From Heterodontus francisci (Eukaryota): a stretch of DNA of 64,000 nucleotides. Below, piece after piece: positions 11,560 through 24,702 of this stretch. Within the stretch, counting starts at the first letter, position 1; each line of letters begins with the position of its first letter. The translations under genes and the position numbers were made by a program. The stretch covers positions 42,926,683 to 42,990,682 of the forward strand of contig NC_090401.1 in the NCBI RefSeq assembly GCF_036365525.1. The letters are read 5' to 3'. Below the pieces are notes generated by a model. The model worked only from the letters and a program-made list of their open reading frames with translations. It made no database searches and was not told the DNA's origin.

Positions 11560-12620
11560 TCACATTTATATAGGGCTTTTAATGTAGTAAAACATCCCAA
11601 AGCACTTCACAGGAGCATTGATCAAACAGAATATGACACCAAGCCACATAAGGGAGATATTAGGACCAGTGACTGAAAGCTTGGTCAAAGAGGTAGATTT
11701 TAAGCAATGTTTTAAAGAAGGAGAGAGGGATAGGGAGAGATGGAATGTTTAGGGAGGAAATTTCAGAGCCTAAGGCCTAGGCAACTGAAGGCATGGCTGC
11801 CAATGGTAGGGTGATTAAAATTGAATTGTGTGATAGGCCAGAATTGGAGGAGCGCAGAGATGTCTGGGGTTTGTAGGGCTGAAAGAGGTTATAGAGATAG
11901 GGAGGGGTAAGGCCATGGAAGGATTTCAAAAAAGGACGAGAATTTTAAAGCAACAGTGGTGCCGCCATCAATTCCTGTGGAACACCACTGCGCATCTTCT
12001 GACAGTCTGAGTAAATATCTTTAGCCTGCATCTGCTTCCACCATTGGAAATACTTTGTCTTCAATGTGGTACTTGGGCCAGTACTGTCAGGTAGGCTATC
12101 ATGTTCAGAGAATGAACAGTGCTAACATTATCGATTTCAGAGAATGCAGGGCCCTAACATTATTGAGTTCAGAGGATGCACAGCACCAGCACTACTGAGT
12201 TCAGATAGGAAAGGGTGAGACCATGAAGGGATTTGAAAACAAGGATGAGAATGTTAAAAATTGGGTCATTGCTTGATTGGGAGATGGGTGAACAGGATTT
12301 GGTGTGAGTTAGAATACGGGAGGCAGAGTTTTGGATCAGCTTAAGTTTACGGATGGTGGAAAATGGGAGGATGGCCAGGACAGCATTGGAATAGTTGAGT
12401 CTAGAGGTAACAAAGGCATGGGTCAGTTTTCAGCAACAGGTGAACTGAGGCAGGGGTGGAGATGGGTGATGTTATGGAGGTGGAAGTAAGCGGTCTTGGT
12501 GATGGAGCATATATGGGATCAGAAGCTCAGCTCATGGTCAAACAGGACTGCAAATAATCTGTTTCAGCCTACGACAGTGGCCAGGGAAAGAGACGGAATC
12601 AGTAGCAAGGGAATGGAATT
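11560..12620 (-). mobile_element. Degraded L2 fragments
   Basis: L2-type 3' end (reverse of AACAACAACTCACATTTATATAG...AAGCTTGGTCAAAGAGG) and RT-region remnants. Confidence 0.55.
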
Positions 12621-12957
12621 TGTGGTGGGGACACAGGGACAGTAACTGTTGCCAATACAGAAACGATAACAACTCTTATACCTTCTCCTACGGTCTACCT
12701 GATGACTACATTGATCTCCTGGACCACCACAGGAACATAGGAACAGGAGGAGGCCATTCAGCACCTCAAGCCTGTTCCGCCTTTAAGTTAGATCATGGCT
12801 GATCAGCATCTTAACTCAATCTATCCACCTTGGTTCCGTAACCCTTAATGTCCTCACCTAAGAAAAAACAATCAATATCAGTTTTGAAATTTTCAATTGA
12901 CCCAGCCTCAACAGCTTTTTGGGGAGAGACTTCCAGATTTCCACTATCCTTTGTGTA

Positions 12958-13266
12958 GGGGCGGCACAGTGGTTAGCACCACAGCCTCACAGCTCCAGGG
13001 ACCTGGGTTTGATTCTGGGTACTGCCTGTGCGGAGTTTGCAAGTTCTCCCTGTGACTGCGTGGGTTTTCGCTGGGTGCTCTGGTTTCCTCCCACAGCCAA
13101 AGACTTGCAGGTTGATAGCTAAATTAGCCATTGTAAATTACCCCTAGTGTAGGTAGGTGGTAGGGAATATGGCATTACTGTAGGGTTAGTATAAATGGGT
13201 GGTTGTTGGTTGGCACAGACTCGGTGGGCTGAAGGGTCTGTTTCATTGCTGTATCTCTAAATAAAT
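12958..13266 (+). mobile_element. HE1-like tRNA-derived V-SINE
   Basis: tRNA head (GTGGTTAGCAC...GGGTTTGATTC), V-domain TGTGCGGAGTTTGCAAGTTCTCCC...GGTTTCCTCCCAC, and a CR1-type tail. Confidence 0.85.
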
Positions 13267-13593
13267 AAAGAATTTTTGATGACATCACCCCTGAATGGCT
13301 GAGCTCTAATTTTAGCTTTTCTATCTACCCTATCAACTCCTTTCATCACCTTAAACACCTCAATTAGATCACTATTTAATCTTCTATATTCAAAATAGAA
13401 GCCTAGCCTTTGCAACCTGTTCTCATAGAACCATACAACACAGAATGAGGCCATTCGGCCTATTATACCTCTGCTGGCTCTTTGAAAGAGCTGTACAATT
13501 TAGTTCTGCATCCCAGATTTTTCACCCTCTTCAAGGACATGTCCAACTGCTTTTTTCAAAGTACCTACGGAATCTGATTCCACCACCCTTTGT

Positions 13594-13939
13594 TTAGTTT
13601 AGTTATACAGCACTGAAACAGGCCCTTCGGCCCACCAAGTCTGTGCCGACCATCAACCACCCATTTATACTAATCCTACACTAATTCCATATTCCCACCA
13701 CATCCCCACCTGTGCCTATATTTTCCTACCTCCTACCTATACTAGGGGCAATTGCTAATGGCCAATTTACCTATCAACCTGCAAGTCTTTGGCATGTGGG
13801 AGGAAACCGGAGCACCCGGAGGAAACCCACACAGCCACAGGGAGAACTTGCAAACTCCACACAGGCAGTACCCAGAATTGAACCTGGGTCGCTGGAGGTG
13901 TGAGGCTGCGGTGCTAACCACTGCGCCACTGTGCCGCCC
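13594..13939 (-). mobile_element. HE1-like V-SINE
   Basis: Reverse complement of the same family; inserted in an old CR1 3'UTR. Confidence 0.85.
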
Positions 13940-14895
13940 TTTCAGGTAACATGTTCCAGATCTTAACAATCCTCTGTGTGAAGAAATTTCTGCTAATTTC
14001 CCCTATAGCTCTTTCACCAATTACTTTAAATCTGTGACTTCTGCTTACTGACCCAGCTGCCATAGGAGATTGTTTCTCCCTGCTTGCTGCATCAAAACTG
14101 CACATAATTTTAATCCTTTTAGCCTTGGTATTATTCAGGTGAATCTTTAACTGCCACTTTCTGATTTCTCTTTTGTAGCCAGCTTGATATCTATTCTGCA
14201 ACTTGTCCCCGGTGGAGTGAGGTGAAGAAGGGTGGGAGGAAGTTAGTGTGGGGCACAAGCACTGGCACAGAGCAGTTGGACCGAATGGCCCTATTTCTGT
14301 GCTGTACATTCCATGCAGCTCTATGTAACATACTCTTATCCTGGTTACCAATACCTGCTCCTCCTGTCCTATGTGTTGAGGGAAATGAAGATGTTAGAGG
14401 CTGAATTGCTGTTCAGCGGGGTCACCAGCTACAATTCAACCTCACAAGGACACGAGGCTCCTTTAAGAACATATGTAAAATACTGCGGATGCTGGAAATT
14501 TGAAATTAAAAACAGAAAAAGTTGGAAATACTCAGCAGGTCAGGCAGCATCTGTGGACAAAGTTAATCTTTCAGGTCGATGGGCAGATAATCTGTTTTTA
14601 GTGTTGTTGATTGAGGGATAAATATTGGTCTAGCACAGTGGGGCGAACTCTCCTGCTCTTTGAACCAGTGCCATGGGATGTTTAATGTTCATCTGACAGA
14701 GGGCAAAGGGGCTTTGGTTTAACGTCTCATCCAAAAGTTGGTACCCCCGATGAGAGGTCATCGACCAGAAAGGTAAAACTTTGTTTCTCTCTCCACAGAT
14801 GCTGCCTGACCCGCTGAGTATTTCCAACTATTTTCTGTTTCTATTCCTTTAAGAGTTTGTTGCCAGTATCAAAAACTTCCATGCCAACAGCCCCG

Positions 14896-14938
14896 TGCGC
14901 ATGCGTGGCTGCCCAGTGCCAGTCTGAAAGATGGCGGC
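14896..14938 (+). promoter_or_regulatory. GPATCH3 promoter motifs: NRF1 and YY1
   Basis: TGCGCATGCG 14896-14905; AAGATGGCGGC overlapping the start codon; CpG-rich through exon 1. Confidence 0.6.
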
Positions 14939-15267
14939 CGCCAACTGTGTTTATGCCGTTGTTGGGAATATCCCGCGCGGACTCCGCGCCGCCGACCTCC
15001 GGAACCAGTTCTCACAGTTCACCGAGAGCGGCGGCTTCAGCTGTTTCCACTACCGGCACCGGCCCGAGTGGCGGCGGCCGCGGTCAGGGCCGACTCCAGT
15101 CCCAGAGCCAGGCCGCAGTCCGACCTGCTGTTGTGTAGTCTGGCTCCCCGCGGACCGAGCTGCCAGCTTCCTGCTGATGTATGACGGCTGCCAGTGGATG
15201 GACAGGGCCGGAGACTCTCTGCGGAGTCGCTGCTTCATCCGCATCGTCAGAGCGGCGGAGATTGCAG
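14931..15267 (+). CDS. GPATCH3: G-patch domain protein 3, exon 1
   Basis: YAVVGNIP..LRAADLRNQFSQF.ESGGFSCFHYRHRPE...CCCVV; donor CAG|GTGAGG. Confidence 0.9.
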
Positions 15268-15490
15268 GTGAGGGCCGGGGGAGTGGCTGAGGACCAACAT
15301 CGGAGGAGGTTGGTGGGTAAGAGAGGGACAGAATTACAGATGCACCCCGACTTTTGGTTGCTCACAACTACTGCTACCTATATCTTAACTTGCTCCAAAT
15401 TTAATTCGCCTATCACCCCTGAGCTTGCTGACTTTTACGGGCTCCCTCTCTGCCGATGTCTCAATTTTAAAATCCTTATCCTTGTTTTAA

Positions 15491-15862
15491 GGGGGAGGCG
15501 GTGGCATACTGGTATTGTCACTGGACTAGTAACCCAGAGACCCAGGTATTGCTCTGGACAGCAGAAGATGGAATTTGAATTCAATTAATATCTGGAATTT
15601 AAAGCTAGTCTAATGATGGCCATGAAACCATTGTCGATTGTTGTAAAAACCCATCTGGTTCACAATGTCTTTTAGGGAAGGAAATCTGCTGTCCTTACCT
15701 GGTCTGGCCTACATGTGACTCCAGATCCACAGCAATGTGGTTGACTCTTACATGCCTTCGAAATGGCCTAGCAAGCCACTCAGTTCAAGGGCAGTTAGGG
15801 ATGGGCAATAAATGCTGGCCTGGCCTGTGACACCCACATCCTATGAAAGAATTTTTTAAAAA
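15491..15862 (+). mobile_element. tRNA-derived SINE (family B) with LINE-derived tail
   Basis: GGGGAGGCGGTGGC..TGGTATTGTCACTGGACTAGTAA head; tail GGGATGGGCAATAAATGCTGGCC...CACATCC. Second copy at 38860. Confidence 0.75.
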
Positions 15863-15869
15863 ATCAATG

Positions 15870-18420
15870 ATTTTTTATTTGTTCATGGGATGTGTACGTC
15901 GCTGACTAGGTCAGCATTTATTGCCCATCACTAATTGCCCTTGAGAAGGAGGTGGTGTGAGCTGCCTTTTTGAACTGGTGCAGTCATCAAGACATTGGGT
16001 ACACCAGTAATGCTGTAGGAAGGGAGTTCCAGAATTTTGACCCAGCGACAGTGAAGGAACAGCAATGTAGTTCCAAGTCAGGATGGTGTGTGACTTGGAG
16101 GGGAACTTGCAGGTGGTGGTGTTCCCATGTATCTGCTGTTTTTGTCCTTGCAGGTGGTAGAGTTTGTGCTGTCGAAGGAGCCTTGGTGAATTGCTGCAGT
16201 GCATCTTGTAGACGATGCACACTGCTGTCACTGTGTGTCAGTGATGAAGGGAGAGAGTGTTGAAGGTGGTGGATGGGGTGCCAGTCAAGCAGGCTACTTT
16301 GTCCTGGGTGGTGTTGAGATTCTTGATTGTTGTTGGAGCTGTATCCATCCAGGCAAGTGGCGAGTATTCGGTCATACTCCTGACTTTTGCCTTGTAGATG
16401 GTGGACAGGCATCGGGGAGACAGGAGGTGAGTTAATTGCCACAGAATTCCCAGCCTCTAACCTGCTCTTCATGCCACAGTATTTATATGGCTGGTTCAGT
16501 TCAGTTTCTGGTCAATGATAACCTCCATGATGTTGATAGTGGGGGATTCAGTGATGGTAATGCCATTGAATATCAAGGGGAGATGGTTAGATTCTCTCTT
16601 GTTCGAGATGATCATTGCCTGGCATTTGTGTGGTGTGAATGTTACTTGCCGCTTATCAGCCCAAGCCTGGATGTTGTCATGGTCTGCTGCATCTGGACAG
16701 GGGCTGCTTCAGTAGTTGAGGAGTCACAAATGGTGCTGAACATTGTGCAATCATCAGGAACATCCCCACATCAGACCTTATGATGGAGGGAGGTCATTGA
16801 TGAAGCTGCTGAAGATGGTTGGGCCTAGGGCACTACCCTGAGGAACTCCTGCAATGATGTCCTGGGACTGAGATGATTGACCTCCAACAACCGGGCGGCA
16901 CAGTGGCGCAGTGGTTAGCACCGCAGCCTCACAGCTCCAGGGACCCGGGTTCGATTCCGGGTACTGTCTGTGTGGAGTTTGCAAGTTCTCCCTGTGTCTG
17001 CGTGGGTTTTCTCCGGGTGCTCCGGTTTCCTCCCACAAGCCAAAAGACTTGCAGGTTGATAGGTAAATTGGCCATTATAAATTGTCACTAGTATAGGTAG
17101 GTGGTAGGGAAATATAGGGACAGGTGGGGATGTTTGGTAGGAATATGGGATTAGTGTAGGATTAGTATAAATGGGTGGTTGATGGTCGGCACAGACTCGG
17201 TGGGCCGAAGGGCCTGTTTCAGTGCTGTATCTCTAATCTAAATAATCTAAACCACAGCCATCTTCCTTTGTGCTAGGTATGACTCCAACCAGTGGAGAGT
17301 TTTCCCCCGATTCCCATTGACTTCAGTTTTACTAGGGCTCCTTGATGCCATACTCAGTCAAATACTGTGTTGATGTCAAGGGCAGTCACTCTCATCTCAG
17401 CTCTGGAGTTCAGCTCTTTTGTCCATGTTTCGACCAAGGCTGTAATGAGGTTAGGAGCCCTGGCGAAACCCAAACTGAGCGCAGTGAGTAAGCGCCGTTT
17501 GATAGCACTGTTGATGGCTCCTTCCATCACTTTGCTGATGACGGAGAGTAGACTGATGGGGTGGTAATTGGCCGGGTTGGATTTTTTTCCTGTTTTTTGG
17601 GCAATTTTCCACGTTGCCGGATAGATGCCAGTGTTGTTGCTATACTGGAACAGCTTGGCTAGGGGCGTGGCTAGTTCTGGAGCACAGGTCTTCAGTACTG
17701 TTGCCAGAATGTTGTCAGGGCCCATAGCCTTTGCAGTATCTAGTGCCTTCAGCAGTTTCTTGATATCACGTGGAGTGAGTCGGATTGTCCTCTGTGATGC
17801 TGGGGACCTCAGGAGGAGGCCGTGATAGATCATCCTCTCAGTACTTCTGGCTGAAGATGGATGCAAATGCTTCAACCTTGTCTTTTGCGCTGATGTGCTG
17901 GGCTCCCCCATCATTGAGGATGGGGATATTTGTGGAGTCTGCTCCTCCTGTTAGTTGTTTAATTGTCCACCACCATTCACAACAGGATGTAGCAGGACTG
18001 CAGAGCTTAGATCTGATCCGTTGGTTGTGGGATTGCTTATCCCTGTCTATCACATGTTACTTCCGCTATATGGCGTGCAGGTAGTCCTTAGTTGTAACTT
18101 CATCAGGCTGACCCCTAATTTTTAGGTATGCATGGTGCTGCTCCTGGCATGCCCTCCTGCACTCTTCATTGAGCCAGGGTTGGTCCCCCAACTTGATGTT
18201 AATGGTAGAGTGGGGGATATGCCGGGCCATGAGATTACAGATTGTGGTTGAATACAATTCTGCTTTTGCTGATGGCCCACGGCGCCTCATGGATGCCCAA
18301 TTTTGTGTTGCCCTTGCTACCCTTAGTGTTTCTTCCAATTAGTGTTCAACATGGAGAAGCAATGATTCATCAGCCAAGAGAGGGCGGTAAGTGGTAATCA
18401 GGAGGAGGTTTCCTTGCTGA
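15870..18420 (-). mobile_element. CR1/Jockey-group LINE (partner of SINE family B), degraded
   Basis: KAMGPDNI, PANYHPISLLSVISKVME, AGVPQGSALGP and FINDLP. The 3' tail matches 60340-60429. Confidence 0.8.
16893..17249 (+). mobile_element. HE1-like V-SINE, full length and young
   Basis: A box TGGCGCAGTGG, B box GTTCGATTC, V-domain, tail GGGCCGAAGGGCCTGTTTCAGTGCTGTATCTCTAA; short AACC duplication. Confidence 0.9.
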
Positions 18421-19169
18421 TGGTTCAAGGACTAGGGGACACATTTAAGGTTTTGGACAAGAACTGGGGGGGGATTTACGCAGCGAATGCCAGTGACTTG
18501 GAACTTGCTGCCTATGTGGGTGCTGGAAGCGGAGACGTTGAATGATTTCAAAAAGTAATTGGATGGATGCTTGAGGGAAATAAACGTGCAGGGCTACAGG
18601 GATAGAGCAGGGGAGTGGGATTGACTGGATGGCTCTACCAAGAGCTGGCATGGACTCAATGGGCTAAATGGCCTCCATCAGTGCCATAATGACTAGGCTT
18701 CACCCCTGCCTATCAGTGTAGCCTCCTCCAGCCCCACAAATCTTAGATCTCTGCACTCCTCCACTTCTGGTTTCTTGTGCATTACTGATTTTAATCGCTG
18801 CACCATTGACTGCTCCCTAAACCTCTCTGCCTTTCTCTCCTCTATAAAGACTCTCCTTAAAACCTTCCTCTTTGACCAAGCCTTTGGTCATATGACCTAA
18901 TATCGCCTCATGTGGCTTGGAATCATATTTTGTTTTATAATGCTCCTGTGAAGTGCCTTGTGATGTTTTATTCCATTAAGTGTGCTAGATAAATACAAGT
19001 TCTTGTTATAGTACCTTAACATAGTAAAAATGTCCAAATGCAGGTCAAGGGAGCGTTTAAAACAAAAATTGACACCAATCCACTTGAGATATTGGAACAG
19101 GTGGCTTGATTGGAGAGTTAGCTTTTACAGAGCATCTTAAAGGAGAAAAGAGATAGAAAGAAAAGAATG

Positions 19170-19614
19170 ACAGCCTTGCATTTCAGTAGCACCTTTCGAC
19201 AACCTCAGGGCATCCCAGAGCACGCTACAGAGAGAGAAGTACTTTAAGTGTAGTCACTGTTGTAATGTAGGAAACAAGGCAGCCAATTTGTGCATAGCAA
19301 GCTTCCACAAACTACAGCAGCATGATACTGACCAAATAAACTGTATATTTAGTGCTGCTAATTGAGGGATAAATATTGGTCAGGACCCTGAGGATAACTC
19401 CGCTGCTCTTCAAAATAATGCCATGAGATCTTTTACATCCATCTGAGAGAGCGGATGGATGAAGCCTCGGTGTTTTATTGAAAGACAGCACCTCCGATTG
19501 TGCAGTACTCCCTCAGTATGTACTGGAGTGTCAACCTAGATTTTGTGCTCAAGTATCTGAAGCGGGACTTGAACCCACAACCTCCTGACTCAGGCGAGAG
19601 AGCTACCCACTGAG
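19170..19614 (-). mobile_element. DeuSINE (SacSINE1-like)
   Basis: tRNA head (reverse of GGGACTTGAACCCACAACCTCCTGACTCAG) and Deu-like core GAGGGATAAATATTGG...GGCAGCCAATTTGTGCA. Relatives at 34119, 61403, ~14590 and ~25680. Confidence 0.7.
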
Positions 19615-19721
19615 TAGAGAGGCAGCAAAGTTTAGGGAGGGAATTCCAGAGCCTAGGTCTAGGTAGTTGAAGTGCTGCCAGCAGAGGTGCGATTAAAATT
19701 GGGGATGCGCAAAGGGAAGAA

Positions 19722-21405
19722 TTGAAGGTGTGGAGTCAGAGAAAATGGGTGAGATTCTAAACGAGTACTTTGCATCGGTATTCACCGAGGATAGGGACAT
19801 GACGGATGTTGATGTTAGGGATAGATGTTTGATTACTCTAGGTGAAGTCGGCATAAGGAGGGAGGAAGTGTTGGGGATTCTAAAAGGCATTAAGGTGGAC
19901 AAGTTCCCAGGTTACTGAGGGAAGCGAGAGAGGAAATAGCTGGGGCCTTAACAGATATCTTTGCAGCATCCTTAAACACGGGTGAGGTCCCGGAGGACTG
20001 GAGAATTGCTAATGTTGTCCCCTTGTTTAAGGAGGGTAGCAGGGGTAATCCAGGTAACTATAGACCGGTGAGTCTGACGTCAGTGGTAGGGAAGCTGCTG
20101 GAGAAGATACTGAGGGATAGGATCTATTCCCATTTGGAAGAAAATGGGCTTATCAGTGATAGGCAACATGGTTTTGCGCAGGGAAGGTCATGTCTTACCA
20201 ACTTAATAGAATTCTTTGAGGAAGTGACAAAGTTGATTGATGAGGGAAGGGCTGTAGATGTCATATACATGGACTTCAGTAAGGCGTTTGATAAGGTTCC
20301 CCATGGTAGGTTGATGGAGAAAGTGAAGTCGCATGGGGTCCAGGGTGTACTAGCTAGATGGATAAAGAACTGGCTGGCAACAGGAGACAGAGAGTAGCAG
20401 TGGAAGGGAGTTTCTCAAAATGGAGATGCGTGACCAGTGGTGTTCCACAGGGATCCGTGCTGGGACCACTGTTGTTTGTGATATACATAAATGATTTGGA
20501 GGAAAGTATAGGTGGTCTGATTAGCAAGTTTGCAGACGACACTAAGATTGGTGGAGTAGCAGATAGTGAAGGGGACTGTCAGAGAATACAGCAGAATATA
20601 GATAGATTGGAGAGTTGGGCAGAGAAATGGCAGATGGAGTTCAATCCGGGCAAATGCGAGGTGATGCATTTTGGAAGATCCAATTCAAGAGTGAACTATA
20701 CAATAAATGGAAAAGTCCTGGGGAAAATTGATGTACAGAGAGATTTGGGTGTTCAGGTCCATTGTTCCCTGAAGGTGGCAACGCAGGTCAATAGAGTGGT
20801 CAAGAAGGCATACGGCATGCTTTCCTTCATCGGACGGGGTATTGAGTACAAGAGTTGGCAGGTCATGTTACAGTTGTATAAGACTTTGGTTCGGCCACAT
20901 TTGGAATACTGCGTGCAGTTCTGGTCGCCACATTACCAAAAGGATGTAGATGCTTTGGAGAGGGTGCAGAGGAGGTTCACCAGGATGTTGCCTGGTATGG
21001 AGGGCGCTAGCTATAAAGAGAGGTTGAGTAGATTAGGATTATTTTCATTAGAAAGACGGAGGTTGAGGGGGGACCTGATTGAGGTGTACAAAATAATGAG
21101 AGGTATAGACAGGGTGGATAGCAAGAAGCTTTTTCCCAGAGTGGGGGATTCAACTACTAGGGGTCACTAGTTCAAAGTGAGAGGGGAAAAGTTTAGGGGG
21201 GATATGCGTGGAAAGTTCTTTACGCAGAGGGTGGTGGGTGCCTGGAACGCGTTGCCAGCGGAGGTGGTAGACGCGGGCACGATAGGAAGCAAAGAGATAC
21301 AGACCCTTAGAAAATAGGTGACATGTTTAGATAGAGGATCTGGATCGGCGCAGGCTTGGAGGGCCGAAGGGCCTGTTCCTGTGCTGTAATTTTCTTTGTT
21401 CTTTG
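19722..21405 (+). mobile_element. CR1 LINE (HER1-like), RT region to 3' end
   Basis: [60 protein letters not shown]; few frameshifts. Confidence 0.92.
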
Positions 21406-21569
21406 TGTGCAGAGATCTTGGAGGGTTTTAGGACTCAATAGGTTTACAGAGACAGGGATGGTTGAGGGCCATGGAAGGATATGAAAACTAGGTTAAAAAT
21501 GTTAAAATTGAAGCTCAAAGTGAAGCCATGGCCTGCAGTCCCTGCTCCTCTTTCCTCTGAAGACGCTGC

Positions 21570-22012
21570 GTAATGAGACAAAGCGGCCCACTTGATCGGC
21601 ACCCCATCTACCATCTTAAACATTCACTCCCTCTACCACCTGTGCTCAGTGGCAGCATTGTGTACCATCTACAAGATGCACTACAGCAACTTGCCACGGC
21701 TCAACAGGCCCTTCCAAACCCACGACCTCCACCACCCAACAAGGGCAGCAGACACATGGAAACACCATCACCTGCAAGGCAAGTTCTCCTCCAAGTCTCC
21801 CACTAAGCTGACTTGGAACTATATTGCTATTCCTTCACTGTCACTGGGTCAGAATCCTGGAACTCCCTCCCTAACAGCACTGTGGGTGTACCTATACCAC
21901 AGGAATGCAGCAGTTCAAGAAGACAGCTCATCACCAACCTCTGAAGGGCAATTAGGGATGGGCAATATCAGCGATGTTCACACCCCAAGAATGAATATCA
22001 TTTGAAAAAAAA
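21570..22012 (+). mobile_element. 3' end of CR1/Jockey-group LINE (family B partner)
   Basis: NIHSLYHL.SVAALCTIYKMH and tail GGGCAATTAGGGATGGGCAAT. Confidence 0.75.
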
Positions 22013-22469
22013 GACCTCTCTGGTAGAGGCATTTGATCATCTGTTCTAATTGCTCCCTATGTGATTTGGTGTCAATTTTTGTTTGATTAAGCTCCCGTGA
22101 AACATATTGGGATGGTTTATTATGTTAAAGATGCTATATAAATGCAAGTTGTTGTTGCGAAATCTTGTAGCTTGGTCGCTGAACTTTAAACTCCATGTCC
22201 TGACCTACAGCAGCTGATCACTGCCCATTGCCCAAGTCTGGAGAACTATCCATGGTTTGGGAGGACAAGCCTATCCAGTTGTTTCACAGCAGCATTTGGT
22301 GGTTTAATTAGCATGGGGTTGCTGTGTGTGCATTCATGTGTGTGTCGGGTGGTGAGGGGCGGGGAGGAGAATTGTGGTAGTGGTCGTCAGTGTGCACACG
22401 TGTGTCTGGGTTTTAATGCTGTTTCTCTTTGGGCAGTGGATCAAGTTTATTGGTGTTCTTGCTCAACAG

Positions 22470-22912
22470 ATTCTAACCTCTTCTCATACAAAACGAGAAA
22501 GGAACTTCGAAGTCAGAGAGCTCCGAGTGAGACTTTCACACCCAAGGACTTGTCCAGATTGCCGGAGTTAAACCCCCCGACACTGATGCCCAATGGAAAT
22601 GTCGGAACACCACTGAGAGTCTTCCTGGAACTGATCCAAGCATGTCGCTTGCCTCCCCGCATCATCACCAAGCTCGGCCTAAAGTTTCCCAAGACCAGTT
22701 CCAGCAGGCGTTATGGTAACGTTCCATTCCAGTACCAAGGCTCGGCCCCTGTGCACAAGGAGGGAGCAGTTTATAAAGCTGCAGGAGGCAAGATCTCACA
22801 GGGTTATACACCTGCTCCCCTGTTACAGCCAGGAAAGGAGCAACAAGGGTCAGGACAAAGGAAGTCTCTAAAGAGAGAAGAGGAGGAGGGAGAGGAGTCT
22901 CATTCTGATGAC
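22470..22912 (+). CDS. GPATCH3: GPATCH3 exon 2
   Basis: AACAG|AT acceptor; LPELNPPTLMPNGNVGTPLRVFLELIQACRLPPRIITKLGLKFPKT.SSRRYGNVPF; donor GAC|GTAAGC. Confidence 0.92.
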
Positions 22913-23291
22913 GTAAGCTGCATTTTCTTGTCTCAGTGTGGAGAAAAAGTCCCATGGCAAATGACGAATATCACACACGGATATTCTCAGAGGCAGACCC
23001 TTGGTGAAGGGGGAGTCCCTTTGTCAGCTCCAGCACTCCTTTGGCTGATGGACCCACCACCTCTGATGGTGAGCTGGGTGCAGTGGGGATCACAATGGAA
23101 TTTTGTCACTTGGGCCTGGAATGGGATGGAACACAGATGGTGAAAGATGATTTCCCGGAGCTTGGCGTGCACTCCAGGGACGGTTCCCGGGGCCTCGCCT
23201 GCGCTCTGGGGACAGTTGTGTTGCTCTAGTGCACTGTATAACTACAAGTAGTTGTTGTGCGGCTTATCACTGAACTTTGTGTGTTTCCCAG

Positions 23292-23466
23292 GATGATGAT
23301 ACATGTGAGGAGTGGGAGAGACACGAGGCACTGTACGAGGACGTTACTACTCAGGAGCGGACAAAGGAGCGACTGTACGAGGAAGAGATTGAGCTTAAGT
23401 GGGAGAAGGGAGGGTCTGGCCTTGTGTTTTACACAGATGCTCAGTATTGGCAGGAGGAGAAAGGAG
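23292..23466 (+). CDS. GPATCH3: GPATCH3 exon 3
   Basis: DDDTCEEWERHEALYEDVT.QERTKERLYEEEIELKWEKGGSGLVFYTDAQYWQEE; AG/GT boundaries in phase. Confidence 0.95.
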
Positions 23467-23584
23467 GTAGGAAGGGGCATGGGGGTTGTCCGGGTTAGCA
23501 GGGGCATGGTTTGGTTGGGCCAGGGGTTGGCGGGGGTTGGGAACTGGCTGGTGTCACTGGTTGACTTTTGCTGCTTTCTTTCAG

Positions 23585-23644
23585 ATTTTGATGAGGAGAC
23601 AGCAGATGACTGGGATGTCGATATGAGTGTTTACTACGACAAAG
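23585..23644 (+). CDS. GPATCH3: GPATCH3 exon 4
   Basis: DFDEETADDWDVDMSVYYDK; TTCAG| acceptor and |GTCAGT donor. Confidence 0.92.
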
Positions 23645-24062
23645 GTCAGTTTGGATGAGAGGGTAGTTTATAATTTTTCTTCTGTTTTAATGTGCCATTG
23701 GAGTTTGGCATTTTATACTCCTGACTCCTTCTACAACCCTTTGGAAATGCAACAGAATGAAGAAATGTTCAGTTTTGACGATTAGAAAAACAGCCTGAGA
23801 CTAATGGTGTTCATGAATAAACACTGAGTAGAAATCCACACATCCAGGAAAGTGGTAATGGAAATTTAGTAAGAGACATGAGAAATCAGCAGCAAATTAA
23901 AGTGACCTTAGGACAGGATACTGTGATAGCACTGAGGAGGAGGGGAGCTGAGCCTGCGTTCCTGCAGCATGCAGTAGGATGCCGCCTGTAGAGCCTGCGT
24001 TTTTTACAGTGTGTAGTGTGGGTTGGATTTTAGGTGCTGTGTTTCCCGAAGTGTATGAGAGG

Positions 24063-24702
24063 GTGACCGTTTCCGGGGCCCAGCCTGCACTCTGGGGACA
24101 GTTCCTGGGTCCCGGCCTGCACTCTGGGGACAGTTTCCGGGGCCCGGCCTGCACTCTGGGGACAGTTTCCGGGGCCCGGCCTGCACTCTGGGGACAGTTT
24201 CCGGGGCCCGGCCTGCACTCTGGGGACAGTTTCCGGGGCCCGGCCTGCACTCTGGGGACAGTTTCCGGGGCCCGGCCTGCACTCTGGGGACAGTTTCCGG
24301 GGCCCGGCCTGCACTCTGGGGACAGTTTCCGGGGCCCGGCCTGCACTCTGGGGACAGTTTCCGGGGCCCGGCCTGCACTCTGGGGACAGTTTCCGGGGCC
24401 CGGCCTGCACTCTGGGGACAGTTTCCGGGGCCCGGCCTGCACTCTGGGGACAGTTTCCGGGGCCCGGCCTGCACTCTGGGGACAGTTTCCGGGGCCCGGC
24501 CTGCACTCTGGGGACAGTTTCCGGGGCCCGGCCTGCACTCTGGGGACAGTTTCCGGGGCCCGGCCTGCACTCTGGGGACAGTTTCCGGGGCCCGGCCTGC
24601 ACTCTGGGGACAGTTTCCGGGGCCCGGCCTGCACTCTGGGGACAGTTTCCGGGGCCCGGCCTGCACTCTGGGGACAGTTTCCGGGGCCCAGCCTGCACTC
24701 TG
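24063..24702. repeat. 32-bp GC-rich minisatellite, ~20 near-identical copies, in GPATCH3 intron 4
   Basis: Unit GGGGACAGTTTCCGGGGCCCGGCCTGCACTCT. Confidence 0.97.

Noticed and set aside
16893-16965. tRNA genes at the SINE heads (also 13870-13939, 38860-38950, 58900-58968)
   Set aside because: A/B boxes continue directly into SINE bodies and LINE-derived tails; no complete cloverleaf or terminator.
22313-23143. 276-aa single-exon ORF
   Set aside because: Only 22470-22912 is GPATCH3 exon 2; the flanks are intronic read-through.
24063-24702. CRISPR-like array (32-bp repeats)
   Set aside because: Head-to-tail units with no unique spacers, no cas genes, and a vertebrate intron context.
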